From: Patescibacteria group bacterium
Lineage (GTDB): Bacteria > Patescibacteriota > Minisyncoccia > Phycocordibacterales > UBA9973
Length of the DNA: 64,000 bases
Reading direction: 5' to 3'
NCBI GenBank assembly: GCA_040384805.1
Contig: JAZKIP010000008.1
Location: 100,749-164,748, forward strand
Positions within the stretch are counted from its first letter, which is position 1, and every line of letters starts with the position of its first letter. Positions 39,801 through 48,448 of the stretch are shown piece by piece. The notes beneath the pieces were generated by a model. That model saw nothing but the letters and a program-made list of their open reading frames with translations, was not told where the DNA came from and ran no database searches. A program made the translations under genes and the position numbers.

Positions 39801-39975
39801 GGAACAAAACCGATATAGGCTATAGAGAGTCCGTATCATTAACTTACAAACTGGTGCTCAAACTTAAACTTGTGGGAAAATGATAGGCTCATCTCCTTTC
39901 AAAATACCCACGAGTTTAGATTCGTGGGTATTTTGTTCGGCAGGCGATATTACTATTAAAAACTGTTTTAAGCGT

Positions 39976-41247
39976 ATGACTACGTTAAAGGTGATGTGGA
40001 GGGTAGAGATCAGGAAAGTAAATGAGTTGGTTCCGTGGAGTGAAAATCCGCGGAAGATAACAAAGGAAGCTTTTAATAATTTGAAACGAAAGGTTGAAAG
40101 GCATGGTTTCCATAGCGTGATTGTGATCGATGTTGATAACACGATCATCTCTGGAAATCAACGAAAGGATGTACTTATTGAACTCGGAATCGATGAGGTG
40201 AACGTATTGGTACCGGACCGTAAGCTGACCGATGAAGAAAAAAGGAAAATCGCATTGGAAAGCAACATTAACGATGGCGAATGGGATTTTGAAAAATTGA
40301 AGTCATTTGATTTAGGAACATTGATGGATGTGGGTTTTGATGAAGACAGCCTGTCGAATATGTGGGCGGAAAATTTGGAAGCGGAAGATGATTCCTTTGA
40401 AGTCGAGAAAGAGCTTGCCGAGATTACCGAGACAACAACCAAGCTCGGCGACCTCATCATCATGGGCCCTCATCGGTTGATATGCGGGAATACGCTTGAT
40501 CCGGAAGTCCTTAAAAAGCTTTTCGGTGACGAGAGAGCATCGGTAATATACAGTGATCCTCCGTATAACATCTCGCTTGATTACAACAAAGGCATTGGCG
40601 GGAAGCAGCAGTATGGCGGAAACGTAAACGATGATCGATCATATACCGAATACAAGGAATTCTTGCGCCAAAGTATGGCCTGCGCTCTCTCCGTATCACA
40701 ACCCGATACGCACATGTTCTATTGGTCCGACCAGACATATATAGGGCTGATCCAAGAACTCTATCGCGAACTCGGGATAGAGAACAAGCGGGTATGCTTG
40801 TGGATCAAGAACTCGCAGAATCCTGTACCGGGCGTGGCATTCAATAAATGCTACGAACCGTGTACCTATGGACTGCGAGGGCATCCGTATATTGAAAAGA
40901 GCATTAACAATCTTAATGAAGTGATGAACAAAGACATCACGACGGGTAATGATTTGATGGAAGAGGCGTTAGATCATTTAGACTTATGGTTTGTTAAACG
41001 GCTTTCCGGTAAGGAGTACAGGCATGCGACCAGCAAGCCGCCGCGGCTGCATAACAAAGCGATACGTCGCTGTTCCAAAGTCGGGGATATTATTCTCGAT
41101 TCCTTCTCTGGATCGGCAAGTACCATGATTGCAGCACACCAATTGAAGCGAAGAGTATTCGCGGTCGAATTAGAACCAGCATTCTGTGATCTAGCTATTA
41201 AGAGATACGAAGCTCTGACTGGCGAGAAAGCAGAAATAATCCGATAA
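39976..41247 (+). CDS. ParB-like nuclease domain fused to N6-adenine/N4-cytosine DNA methyltransferase
   Basis: An N-terminal ParB-like motif run from ELVPWSENPRK to ISGNQR; motif IV SDPPYN and motif I DSFSGSASTM. The track's N-terminal extension overlaps a strong hairpin, so the start was taken at the ATG at 39976. Confidence 0.85.
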   Translation: MTTLKVMWRVEIRKVNELVPWSENPRKITKEAFNNLKRKVERHGFHSVIVIDVDNTIISGNQRKDVLIELGIDEVNVLVPDRKLTDEEKRKIALESNINDGEWDFEKLKSFDLGTLMDVGFDEDSLSNMWAENLEAEDDSFEVEKELAEITETTTKLGDLIIMGPHRLICGNTLDPEVLKKLFGDERASVIYSDPPYNISLDYNKGIGGKQQYGGNVNDDRSYTEYKEFLRQSMACALSVSQPDTHMFYWSDQTYIGLIQELYRELGIENKRVCLWIKNSQNPVPGVAFNKCYEPCTYGLRGHPYIEKSINNLNEVMNKDITTGNDLMEEALDHLDLWFVKRLSGKEYRHATSKPPRLHNKAIRRCSKVGDIILDSFSGSASTMIAAHQLKRRVFAVELEPAFCDLAIKRYEALTGEKAEIIR

Positions 41248-41252
41248 CGCCT

Positions 41253-41834
41253 ATGAAAAAAGAAAGAATTCATGAAGCTTTAATTGAACAGCTTAGGAAA
41301 GTGCCGATTTTGCAAGTTGCATGCGAGAAATTAAATGTTTCCAGAAATACGGTCTATACATGGAGGAAACAAGATAAAGAATTTCGTATTGCGATGGATA
41401 AAGCCTTTGCTGAAGGTGATGCGCTTGTTAATGATATGGCTGAAAGTCAGATGATAAGTCTTATGAGAAAAGGAAGCTATCCTGCGAATGCTTTTTGGCT
41501 TCGCGCACGACACCCGAAGTTTAAGAAAGACAATTCCGTTCATATAAAAGTTGCGCCAACAAAAAAATATATTCTTCCTATTACCACCACGGAAGCTTTC
41601 GACAAAGTCAGGCTCAGTAAGCTGCCGAAACAACTCCGTAAGAAAGTCATAAGAAAGGAAATGAAGCTCAGCGATGCTATGGGTGAGGTTTTCGACAAGA
41701 TCCATGAAGAAATGGGGATGGAAATGCCGAAGGATCTTAGAAAAATAAGCTTACCCTTAGGTAGCGTTCTCAAAACAATCTTAGAAGAAGATCAGGATCC
41801 TCATGAAGACGAGAACGGAATCGAAAGATTTTAA
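41253..41834 (+). CDS. HTH domain protein (phage-associated type)
   Basis: ACEKLNVSRNTVYTWRK helix-turn-helix. Confidence 0.4.
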   Translation: MKKERIHEALIEQLRKVPILQVACEKLNVSRNTVYTWRKQDKEFRIAMDKAFAEGDALVNDMAESQMISLMRKGSYPANAFWLRARHPKFKKDNSVHIKVAPTKKYILPITTTEAFDKVRLSKLPKQLRKKVIRKEMKLSDAMGEVFDKIHEEMGMEMPKDLRKISLPLGSVLKTILEEDQDPHEDENGIERF

Positions 41835-42637
41835 AAAGAAATCTTAAACTCTTCCTTAACGAATTCTAAAGTCTTCTGTTGATCCTGAAGCGATGCCTTC
41901 ACAAGCTGCGTGGTGAAGAGGCCTGTCTTGGCTTTCCATTTGGCATCCTTCGCATCAACCGCTTCGATCCATTGGATGCTGATGAGGTAATCGCAGTTGT
42001 CATTGTCGCTGTTTCGGAAGAGACCAGTCGATTTCAGAGGGAGATCCCGGAGAGATTTCCCGTTGTATCGGAATTCTTCAACCGGGACAGCCTTCCCTGT
42101 CACCCTTCCAACGCCGACATACCCGTGATTCTTGAGATATGCCACAACGATATCGTCCTTGTTAAGCGTCCTGATCTGATCGCTCCACTTCTTGTCCTGT
42201 CCTGCGGCCAGGAAGCCGTATCTCTTGCAGTCTTCCCAGAGACGGTTAGATGTGCGGTCTTGGCCGACATTGACGTAGTAGATGTCGTTTTTAAAGTCAA
42301 AGCCCGGGAGATCGTCGCGATAGAGGCTGTAGTGAGGCCTGAACTTCTTGGCGAAGTGGCCCGAGGATTTGTTGGTCAGAGTCCTGCCGAGTTTCCAGAT
42401 GAGGGTTTTCTCGATGAGGAAAGCTTCCCTCTCCGTGAGGTCTTTGGCGATAACCCGAATGATGGGCTGAAGTCCGAGTTTCTGGATGGCTTTGATCCGT
42501 TGCGACTTCTCCGAATCGCTGTCGTCTTTGAGATGAGCGTTCTTGCGATTGCCCTTCCCTTTGCCGTAGTAGAAATCCTCGAAGTTGCGGGGATCTATAT
42601 AGACGTAGACGTAATAGTCTTCATTCACGTTCTTCAT
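41831..42637 (-). CDS. GIY-YIG nuclease with a C-terminal domain of unassigned fold
   Basis: YYVYVYIDPRN...FYYGKGKGNRKNAH...E GIY-YIG core. The C-terminal ~140 aa (DDIVVAYLKNHGYVGVGRV) could not be assigned to any domain family by eye. The gene is GC-rich. Confidence 0.65.
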   Translation of the reverse strand: MKNVNEDYYVYVYIDPRNFEDFYYGKGKGNRKNAHLKDDSDSEKSQRIKAIQKLGLQPIIRVIAKDLTEREAFLIEKTLIWKLGRTLTNKSSGHFAKKFRPHYSLYRDDLPGFDFKNDIYYVNVGQDRTSNRLWEDCKRYGFLAAGQDKKWSDQIRTLNKDDIVVAYLKNHGYVGVGRVTGKAVPVEEFRYNGKSLRDLPLKSTGLFRNSDNDNCDYLISIQWIEAVDAKDAKWKAKTGLFTTQLVKASLQDQQKTLEFVKEEFKISF

Positions 42638-42644
42638 ACATCAT

Positions 42645-42926
42645 CTATGAATTTGAAGAAGGATCTTTCTTTGCGCCGTAATAATGGAAGCACAGGAGTA
42701 TCACTCCGAGGAAAGCGGCTCCGAATCCGAGATTGATTCCGTTTTGTCGGTCGCTCATAAGGCCGAGGTTGTTCACTCGTCCGCTTCCGATTATCTCCCC
42801 CATGAACTCCCGCTGAGGAACGGCAACCGAGGTGTCGAAGAAGAGTAGGAAATAGATACCTGTTGCTAATCCAAACAGAAGAAGAACAATACCTGTTCCC
42901 CACAAAAACGTAACGTCTTTATTCAT
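42645..42926 (-). CDS. small membrane protein
   Basis: Two TM helices. Confidence 0.4.
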   Translation of the reverse strand: MNKDVTFLWGTGIVLLLFGLATGIYFLLFFDTSVAVPQREFMGEIIGSGRVNNLGLMSDRQNGINLGFGAAFLGVILLCFHYYGAKKDPSSNS

Positions 42927-43253
42927 GCAAAATTCTTTTGCGTTTAGGAGTAATTACCGGTGATGAGACGCAAAAAGCCCACCACAGGTAGAGACCGAGG
43001 CCTCTCATATCCGTTTCCAGATACGGCGGATCACGCAACCCTGTGATGGGTTTTTTAAGCATGATCCGACTTTTGACCATATCCTTAGAAATTCCAAGGG
43101 GTTAGGTCGCTATTAAATTGTATCTACATAATACGATATTTTATCGTATTACTCTACCCTATCGCAGATCACTTTATTTGTTAAGGTAGTTACCAACATG
43201 TTGCCAACAGTTCATGTCTTAGCAAAAGGCTCTTTCTCTGTCATTAATTAAAT

Positions 43254-44573
43254 ATGGAAACACAATATATAAATAATCTTGGTGTTAAAACCGAAGTACC
43301 ACGCATAAAGGTTAAGTACGTTCTGTATGCTCGTAAATCAACAGAATCGGATGAGAAGCAAGCTCTATCAATTGAATCGCAAGTAAAAGAGATGCTCACT
43401 ATCGCCGATCGTGACAGTCTTGAAATTGTAGACATTAGGAGAGAATCACACTCGGCCAAAGAGTCTGGACAGAGACCAGTATTTAAAGAATTACTTGATG
43501 ATGTTCGTAGAGGTAGATATACAGGAATACTTACATGGGCACCTGATAGATTGAGCAGAAATGCAGGTGACCTCGGATCTGTCGTGGACCTTATGGATGA
43601 GAATAAGTTAATAGAGATTAGAACATACGGGCAACACTTTAAGAATTCACCCAATGAGAAATTCCTTTTAATGATTCTTTGTAGTCAAGCAAAACTTGAG
43701 AATGATAATAAAAGTATCAATGTGAAGCGAGGACTACGAACAAGATGTGAAATGGGATTAAGACCCGGCCCTGCTCTTTTCGGATATTTTAATGTAAAAC
43801 ATGCAGACAAGAAATGTCAGGTAATTCTTGATCCTGAACGAGCACATATCGCTAAGAAAATGTTTGAGAAAGTAGCCTACGAGAAATGGAGCGGTCGAAA
43901 GATATATCACTGGCTAAAATTTGATCTCAATTTAAAGACAAGGAACGGAAACAAAGGTTTAACTCTAGGAAATATTTATCTTATTCTCCAGAGTCCTTTC
44001 TATTACGGAGTCTTCGAGTATCCCCACAAAAGCGGAAACTTCTATAAAGGTAGACATGAACCTCTAATTACTAAGGAGTTATTTGACCAAGTACAACTAC
44101 AAGTTAAAAGCCAAGTTATTCGATCTGAAAGTAAAGAATTCGCCTTCACTAAATTAATGATATGTGGTCTATGCGATTCTGGTATATGTGCAGATGAGAA
44201 GTTTAAAAAACTTAAGAACGGAGGTGTAAATCGATATGTTTACTATGGATGTACTAAATCGAAAGATAAGAATTGTAAAGGAGGTTATATTGAAGAAAAA
44301 GAACTTATTAAACAATTTGAAGATTTGATTGAGATTATCAGTATTGATGAGATTGGAATAAAAGAAAGGATTAGAACCGAAGTTGAGAGAATAAAAAAAT
44401 TTAATAGTATGCTACTGGGAGTAAAAGATCAAGTCTGCGTAGAAGATATCGACATTAAAAACTACGCAAAGTATTTACTTCGAGAAGGAAAGGATATTGA
44501 AAAACGAGAATTATTGTCTTGCTTTAAAAGTAAGATAGAATTAAAAAATAAAGCTATTATTCTTATAAATTAG
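43254..44573 (+). CDS. large serine recombinase
   Basis: Resolvase catalytic region YARKSTESDEKQ, a recombinase domain, and a Cys-rich zinc ribbon. Confidence 0.9.
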   Translation: METQYINNLGVKTEVPRIKVKYVLYARKSTESDEKQALSIESQVKEMLTIADRDSLEIVDIRRESHSAKESGQRPVFKELLDDVRRGRYTGILTWAPDRLSRNAGDLGSVVDLMDENKLIEIRTYGQHFKNSPNEKFLLMILCSQAKLENDNKSINVKRGLRTRCEMGLRPGPALFGYFNVKHADKKCQVILDPERAHIAKKMFEKVAYEKWSGRKIYHWLKFDLNLKTRNGNKGLTLGNIYLILQSPFYYGVFEYPHKSGNFYKGRHEPLITKELFDQVQLQVKSQVIRSESKEFAFTKLMICGLCDSGICADEKFKKLKNGGVNRYVYYGCTKSKDKNCKGGYIEEKELIKQFEDLIEIISIDEIGIKERIRTEVERIKKFNSMLLGVKDQVCVEDIDIKNYAKYLLREGKDIEKRELLSCFKSKIELKNKAIILIN

Positions 44574-45348
44574 TCATTTCAACTTCTAGTAAGTTTAGAT
44601 TGTCAGCAATATCTTGATAACTATTAATACCAGTAATTAAGCGAATTTCATCTATGTATCGTGTTGTTAAACGAATATGAAAAATTGTAGCAATCATAAG
44701 TGCTTGGCGTAGATAGAAATTGCTCGCAACATCAGCTTCTTCTTTGCTCATATAACTTTTAACAATCATTGGACTGACGTGATTTAAACGACAACCCCAT
44801 ATATATGCTTGGCCAATACGAGAAGAATCAAAATCTTTTAAATGACCTGCTTCATGTAGTATCTCCACCATTTTATCTACGGATATTCCTGCCCAACTAT
44901 GTCGACTTTTTGCATCAGGACTAAGAGTATTATAATTTTTCTCAGCATCTTCGACATCGAGATTTAAATCATCATTTTGGTCGGCTGGGTTTTGTCCTAT
45001 GGATTTTAAGAATTCAATCTCATCATGAATTTCCTTAAATAAATGATTTTGGAACTGCACTGCCATTTTATCTTTTCCTTTCCAAAGCATATATTCAACA
45101 GAAATTCCGTATTCAATAATTTTTCTTGTTAAATCCAAACAACTAGAACCCGTGTCATCGTTGTTTGAAAGATAATAGATATCTCTCAGTGTTCCAAACG
45201 AAACTCTATAAATACCAAGGAGTACGTTTACAAAATTAGCATTCGATGGCGAACTAGCTCCAGCAAGTGGCTCAGTAACTTTTAGAGTCTTTTCAAGAAT
45301 ACCTTTTAATTTTTGTTCCATATTGTTAGTCAAAAATTCTTTTATCAC
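44563..45348 (-). CDS. hypothetical protein (operon partner)
   Basis: Overlaps the upstream gene by 23 nt. Confidence 0.5.
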   Translation of the reverse strand: MIKEFLTNNMEQKLKGILEKTLKVTEPLAGASSPSNANFVNVLLGIYRVSFGTLRDIYYLSNNDDTGSSCLDLTRKIIEYGISVEYMLWKGKDKMAVQFQNHLFKEIHDEIEFLKSIGQNPADQNDDLNLDVEDAEKNYNTLSPDAKSRHSWAGISVDKMVEILHEAGHLKDFDSSRIGQAYIWGCRLNHVSPMIVKSYMSKEEADVASNFYLRQALMIATIFHIRLTTRYIDEIRLITGINSYQDIADNLNLLEVEMTNL

Positions 45349-46609
45349 TATTTAACACTTCAGGCGGAAACTTTTTCCACTTTCCTTTTGTGGTAGAAAC
45401 CATATGTCTTAATATCATAGTGTCGCCAGCATCAGAATCAAAGGTATCAGAAGAATCGATGGGTTTACCTTCTTTAACAAATTTTTTAATTTCTTCAGAT
45501 ACTGCTTTTTCTGCTTCAGGATTAATTTTATCTGTGCCATCGAATTTTCTAATATGATCCTTTATGTTTCTCCAGGATTCTGACATATATTTATCCCATA
45601 ATTGAGTCGTTAAAAATGATAGATCATCGGGTGGGCATGGTGCAAATACTACTGATCCTCTATTTTTAACTTCATCAGGTAATGTTTCGTAATGAGAATC
45701 TAATTTAGAAAAATCACTTTTCAAATCTGTACCTGAAATGAATGTTTGATCAGTGCGCATAAAAATAGGTGCGAGTGCTATATGTATCTTATCACTCGAG
45801 GTGAATATATTACAAAATGGAAGATAATATAAGTATGCAATATCAACCTTATGCGTTGCAGGATGACGAAACGCTTCAAAAAGCTTAGCTGCAGTTCCCA
45901 TATAATAGAACAGATCAATAGAAAGAACATATGAAAAGTAAGGTGCGTATTCTCTTATAGGCTTACATCCGTCTTTTTCCCATTCCTTTAAAATTTTTTC
46001 TTGTGCTGTTGGTAAAAGTCCCATTTGCGACATCCACGCAACAAATGGTGCTTTTTCTTTAATCATATCAACTATTCCATCAACTTTTTCTTTTAGTTCT
46101 TGGAAAGTTTTCGGCTTACCTACCAGATCGAACATCTTTTGGAAACCTTCGTAGTTTTCTTCTTTCATCTCTGATAATTCTTGCCGCCATTCTTTAGCCT
46201 CATTTCTTTCTATTTCTAAAAATTGTTTTTTCTCCCAACGATGAGCAGCTTCCACTTCGGGAGGTTCTTGAAATATTACTCCTGTTTTACCACCAAGCTC
46301 AACATATTCTCCGTAAGAAATTACTGGTCTACCTGACATTTCAATTTTAGCTTTATTCATAAGCTCACTTGCTATTAGACTTCTGTGATGAACATTCACA
46401 CAACCCATATCAGGAGTTTTGTGTGCAATACTACCTACAATATCTTCAGGTGTTCTACCTAAACGAACTTCTTTTTCAAGATCAGCTAGAGTCTCCACAA
46501 AAAATAATGGTGTTATATTTGTGATGAAGAAATTTTCAAGCCACATGGATTCGTCTGCGCTCAATCCTTGTAATGCTGATTTATCAAATATAAGTGTTGG
46601 CCCTGTCAT
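45326..46609 (-). CDS. hypothetical protein
   Basis: 427-aa ORF with no recognisable motif. The N-terminus (TLIFDKSALQGLS) bears a weak, unassigned resemblance to a PIN-type start (interpretive reading, not a motif match). Confidence 0.45.
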   Translation of the reverse strand: MTGPTLIFDKSALQGLSADESMWLENFFITNITPLFFVETLADLEKEVRLGRTPEDIVGSIAHKTPDMGCVNVHHRSLIASELMNKAKIEMSGRPVISYGEYVELGGKTGVIFQEPPEVEAAHRWEKKQFLEIERNEAKEWRQELSEMKEENYEGFQKMFDLVGKPKTFQELKEKVDGIVDMIKEKAPFVAWMSQMGLLPTAQEKILKEWEKDGCKPIREYAPYFSYVLSIDLFYYMGTAAKLFEAFRHPATHKVDIAYLYYLPFCNIFTSSDKIHIALAPIFMRTDQTFISGTDLKSDFSKLDSHYETLPDEVKNRGSVVFAPCPPDDLSFLTTQLWDKYMSESWRNIKDHIRKFDGTDKINPEAEKAVSEEIKKFVKEGKPIDSSDTFDSDAGDTMILRHMVSTTKGKWKKFPPEVLNSDKRIFD

Positions 46610-46694
46610 AAACCTATTTTAACACTTATGATTAAGTTAAACTAAAAACACCTTAATTAGGTGCTTTTAGTTTTAGATATAGTTTAGATATTTA

Positions 46695-46913
46695 TTATTT
46701 GAGATTCTTGCGAGCCTGTTTCATAATCTTTTCTCGACCCTCGCTTGGATCTACTTTCGTTGCAGCAGCAATAAGAGCTTCTTTCACTGCTTGTTTCTTC
46801 TCATCAGGAAACTCTTTCTGTAGTTGCTTTACCGCATAATCAACTTCATATTTTTCTTTAAAGCTAATTAGATAACTATCTGGTTTACCAGTTTTCTTTT
46901 TATTGTCTGCCAT
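46695..46913 (-). CDS. DUF3606 domain protein
   Basis: The EKYEVDYAVKQLQKEF...QAVKEALIAAATKV pattern. Confidence 0.5.
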   Translation of the reverse strand: MADNKKKTGKPDSYLISFKEKYEVDYAVKQLQKEFPDEKKQAVKEALIAAATKVDPSEGREKIMKQARKNLK

Positions 46914-46991
46914 AATTTCTATATTATACCACAGAACTAAAGCTAGTTTCTAAACGACGTATCTCGAGCGCGATAACTGCGCTCTTGTTTG

Positions 46992-47062
46992 CTGCCGGTC
47001 AGGGACTCGAACCCCAATACCATCCTCCAGAGGGATGTGTCCTACCATTAGACGAACCGGCA
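46992..47062 (-). tRNA. tRNA-Gln (anticodon CTG)
   Basis: Manual cloverleaf: acceptor TGCCGGT/ACCGGCA with U1-A72 and G73, D arm GTCT/GGAC, anticodon loop CTCTGGA, and T loop TTCGAGT. Confidence 0.85.
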
Positions 47063-47141
47063 ATATAACTCCGATATAGTACCATAAAATAGAGTTAAAA
47101 CAACCTGAAATAGTAAAAGCCGTAAAAATTAATTTACGGCT

Positions 47142-47531
47142 TTAAGAACTTTCGATAATTTCACCCTTTTTTAGGATCGATACAGCATAATCAGAAAAAT
47201 CAAATTTAATATTTTTTCCCCTAATAGAATATGAATATGAGCTGTTAATATTCTTAATAATCTTATGCCTTCCTTGGATGATAAAACTTTGGGGCTTTTT
47301 TTTTGAGTATGAAGGAGAGATATCCTGAACTTTTCCATTATACAATGTTACTTCTTTAAGAAAGCCGAATTGGGGGTTAAAATTAAAACGCTGGGAATAT
47401 ATCTCAGCAGATATAAGAATATCTTTTAAGTCAGTACGTTCATCTACGGGAAGAGATGTAATACATAGCCTAGAATTAATATAATCAATATCATAAAAAA
47501 TAAATCCATAGAATTTTTCTTTGATTTCCAT
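47142..47531 (-). CDS. hypothetical protein
   Basis: AT-rich ORF. Confidence 0.4.
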   Translation of the reverse strand: MEIKEKFYGFIFYDIDYINSRLCITSLPVDERTDLKDILISAEIYSQRFNFNPQFGFLKEVTLYNGKVQDISPSYSKKKPQSFIIQGRHKIIKNINSSYSYSIRGKNIKFDFSDYAVSILKKGEIIESS

Positions 47532-47662
47532 AGGTTTGGGTTTAGATTTAAAAAGTGGTTTCCATTCATATTACAATTTTTCAATCAATTGTCAATAGAA
47601 GACGGGAACAGAGGTAGTCTGCGGCATTTTGATGTTTGGAACACAGGCTTTTGTAAGGTACA

Positions 47663-48400
47663 ATGTATGTCATGATAAATTCACCTATATCATTCAGACC
47701 AAAACACCTGACCATCGACGACATCAGAGAGGGATGCATCACTCTGTATGGAGAAAATAATGAAGAGACGAAAATTTGCATGATGCAGGAGGAGATGCGG
47801 CAAGGAATCGATGTGATCACCGACTTCACTCCTTCTGTTACTTTTTACGGCTCGGCCCGTCTGCCGGAAGATCACCCTGCATATATTCAGGCGCGATCTC
47901 TCGCCTACCGGATATCGAAGGAGCTCGGCTACACTGTTTTGTCAGGAGGCGGGCCGGGAGTGATGGAAGCGGCAAACCGCGGAGCGTTCGAGGCGGGCGG
48001 AAAATCCGTCGGCCTTACCATTAAACTCCCCCATGAGCAATTCACCAATAAATACGTCACCGAAGAGTTGCCGTTTTATTTCTTCTTTTCGCGCCAAGTG
48101 TCGATGTCGTACGCGACCGAAGTCTGTATCTTTTGCCCGGGGGGATTCGGAACATTCGACGAGCTTTTCGAGATGCTGACGCTCCAACAGACAGGCAAGA
48201 TCGGAAGAATCCCCGTCATCCTTCTCGGAGTAGAGTTCTGGATGCCGTTTCAGAGACTGATCGAGGAGATCCTCGTTGAAAAATACAAGACGGTGAGCCC
48301 ATCGGATCTTCATCTGTACACCATTACCGATGACGAGGACGAGATCCTCAGGATCATCTCCGAGTCGCGTCTGCGTGATGGAAAAGACGCATTAAGTTAA
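47663..48400 (+). CDS. LOG family protein (cytokinin riboside 5'-monophosphate phosphoribohydrolase-like)
   Basis: FYGSARL, SGGGPGVMEAANRGA and CPGGFGTFDEL motifs. Confidence 0.8.
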   Translation: MYVMINSPISFRPKHLTIDDIREGCITLYGENNEETKICMMQEEMRQGIDVITDFTPSVTFYGSARLPEDHPAYIQARSLAYRISKELGYTVLSGGGPGVMEAANRGAFEAGGKSVGLTIKLPHEQFTNKYVTEELPFYFFFSRQVSMSYATEVCIFCPGGFGTFDELFEMLTLQQTGKIGRIPVILLGVEFWMPFQRLIEEILVEKYKTVSPSDLHLYTITDDEDEILRIISESRLRDGKDALS

Positions 48401-48421
48401 ATTAAGATAATTAGGAAATAA

Positions 48422-48448
48422 TAAAACCCGCCGTACGGCGGGTTTTAT
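48422..48448. terminator. bidirectional terminator between the LOG gene and pyrG
   Basis: aaaacccgccgtacggcgggtttt. Confidence 0.6.

Larger units (their letters stand above)
33014..46991. mobile_element. putative integrated/accessory island between the tRNA-Gln 3' copy and tRNA-Gln
   Basis: Flanked by the tRNA 3' repeat; contains a serine recombinase, an IS200-like transposase, a ParB-methyltransferase fusion, nucleases and hypothetical operons. Confidence 0.35.

Noticed and set aside
39880-39975. N-terminal 32 residues of the track's methyltransferase ORF
   Set aside because: This region contains a strong hairpin with a T-tract. The conserved ParB-like sequence begins after the ATG at 39976.
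41879-42736. 285-aa plus-strand ORF
   Set aside because: It is antisense to the GIY-YIG nuclease gene, which has a clear catalytic motif. The GC-rich region yields long spurious frames.
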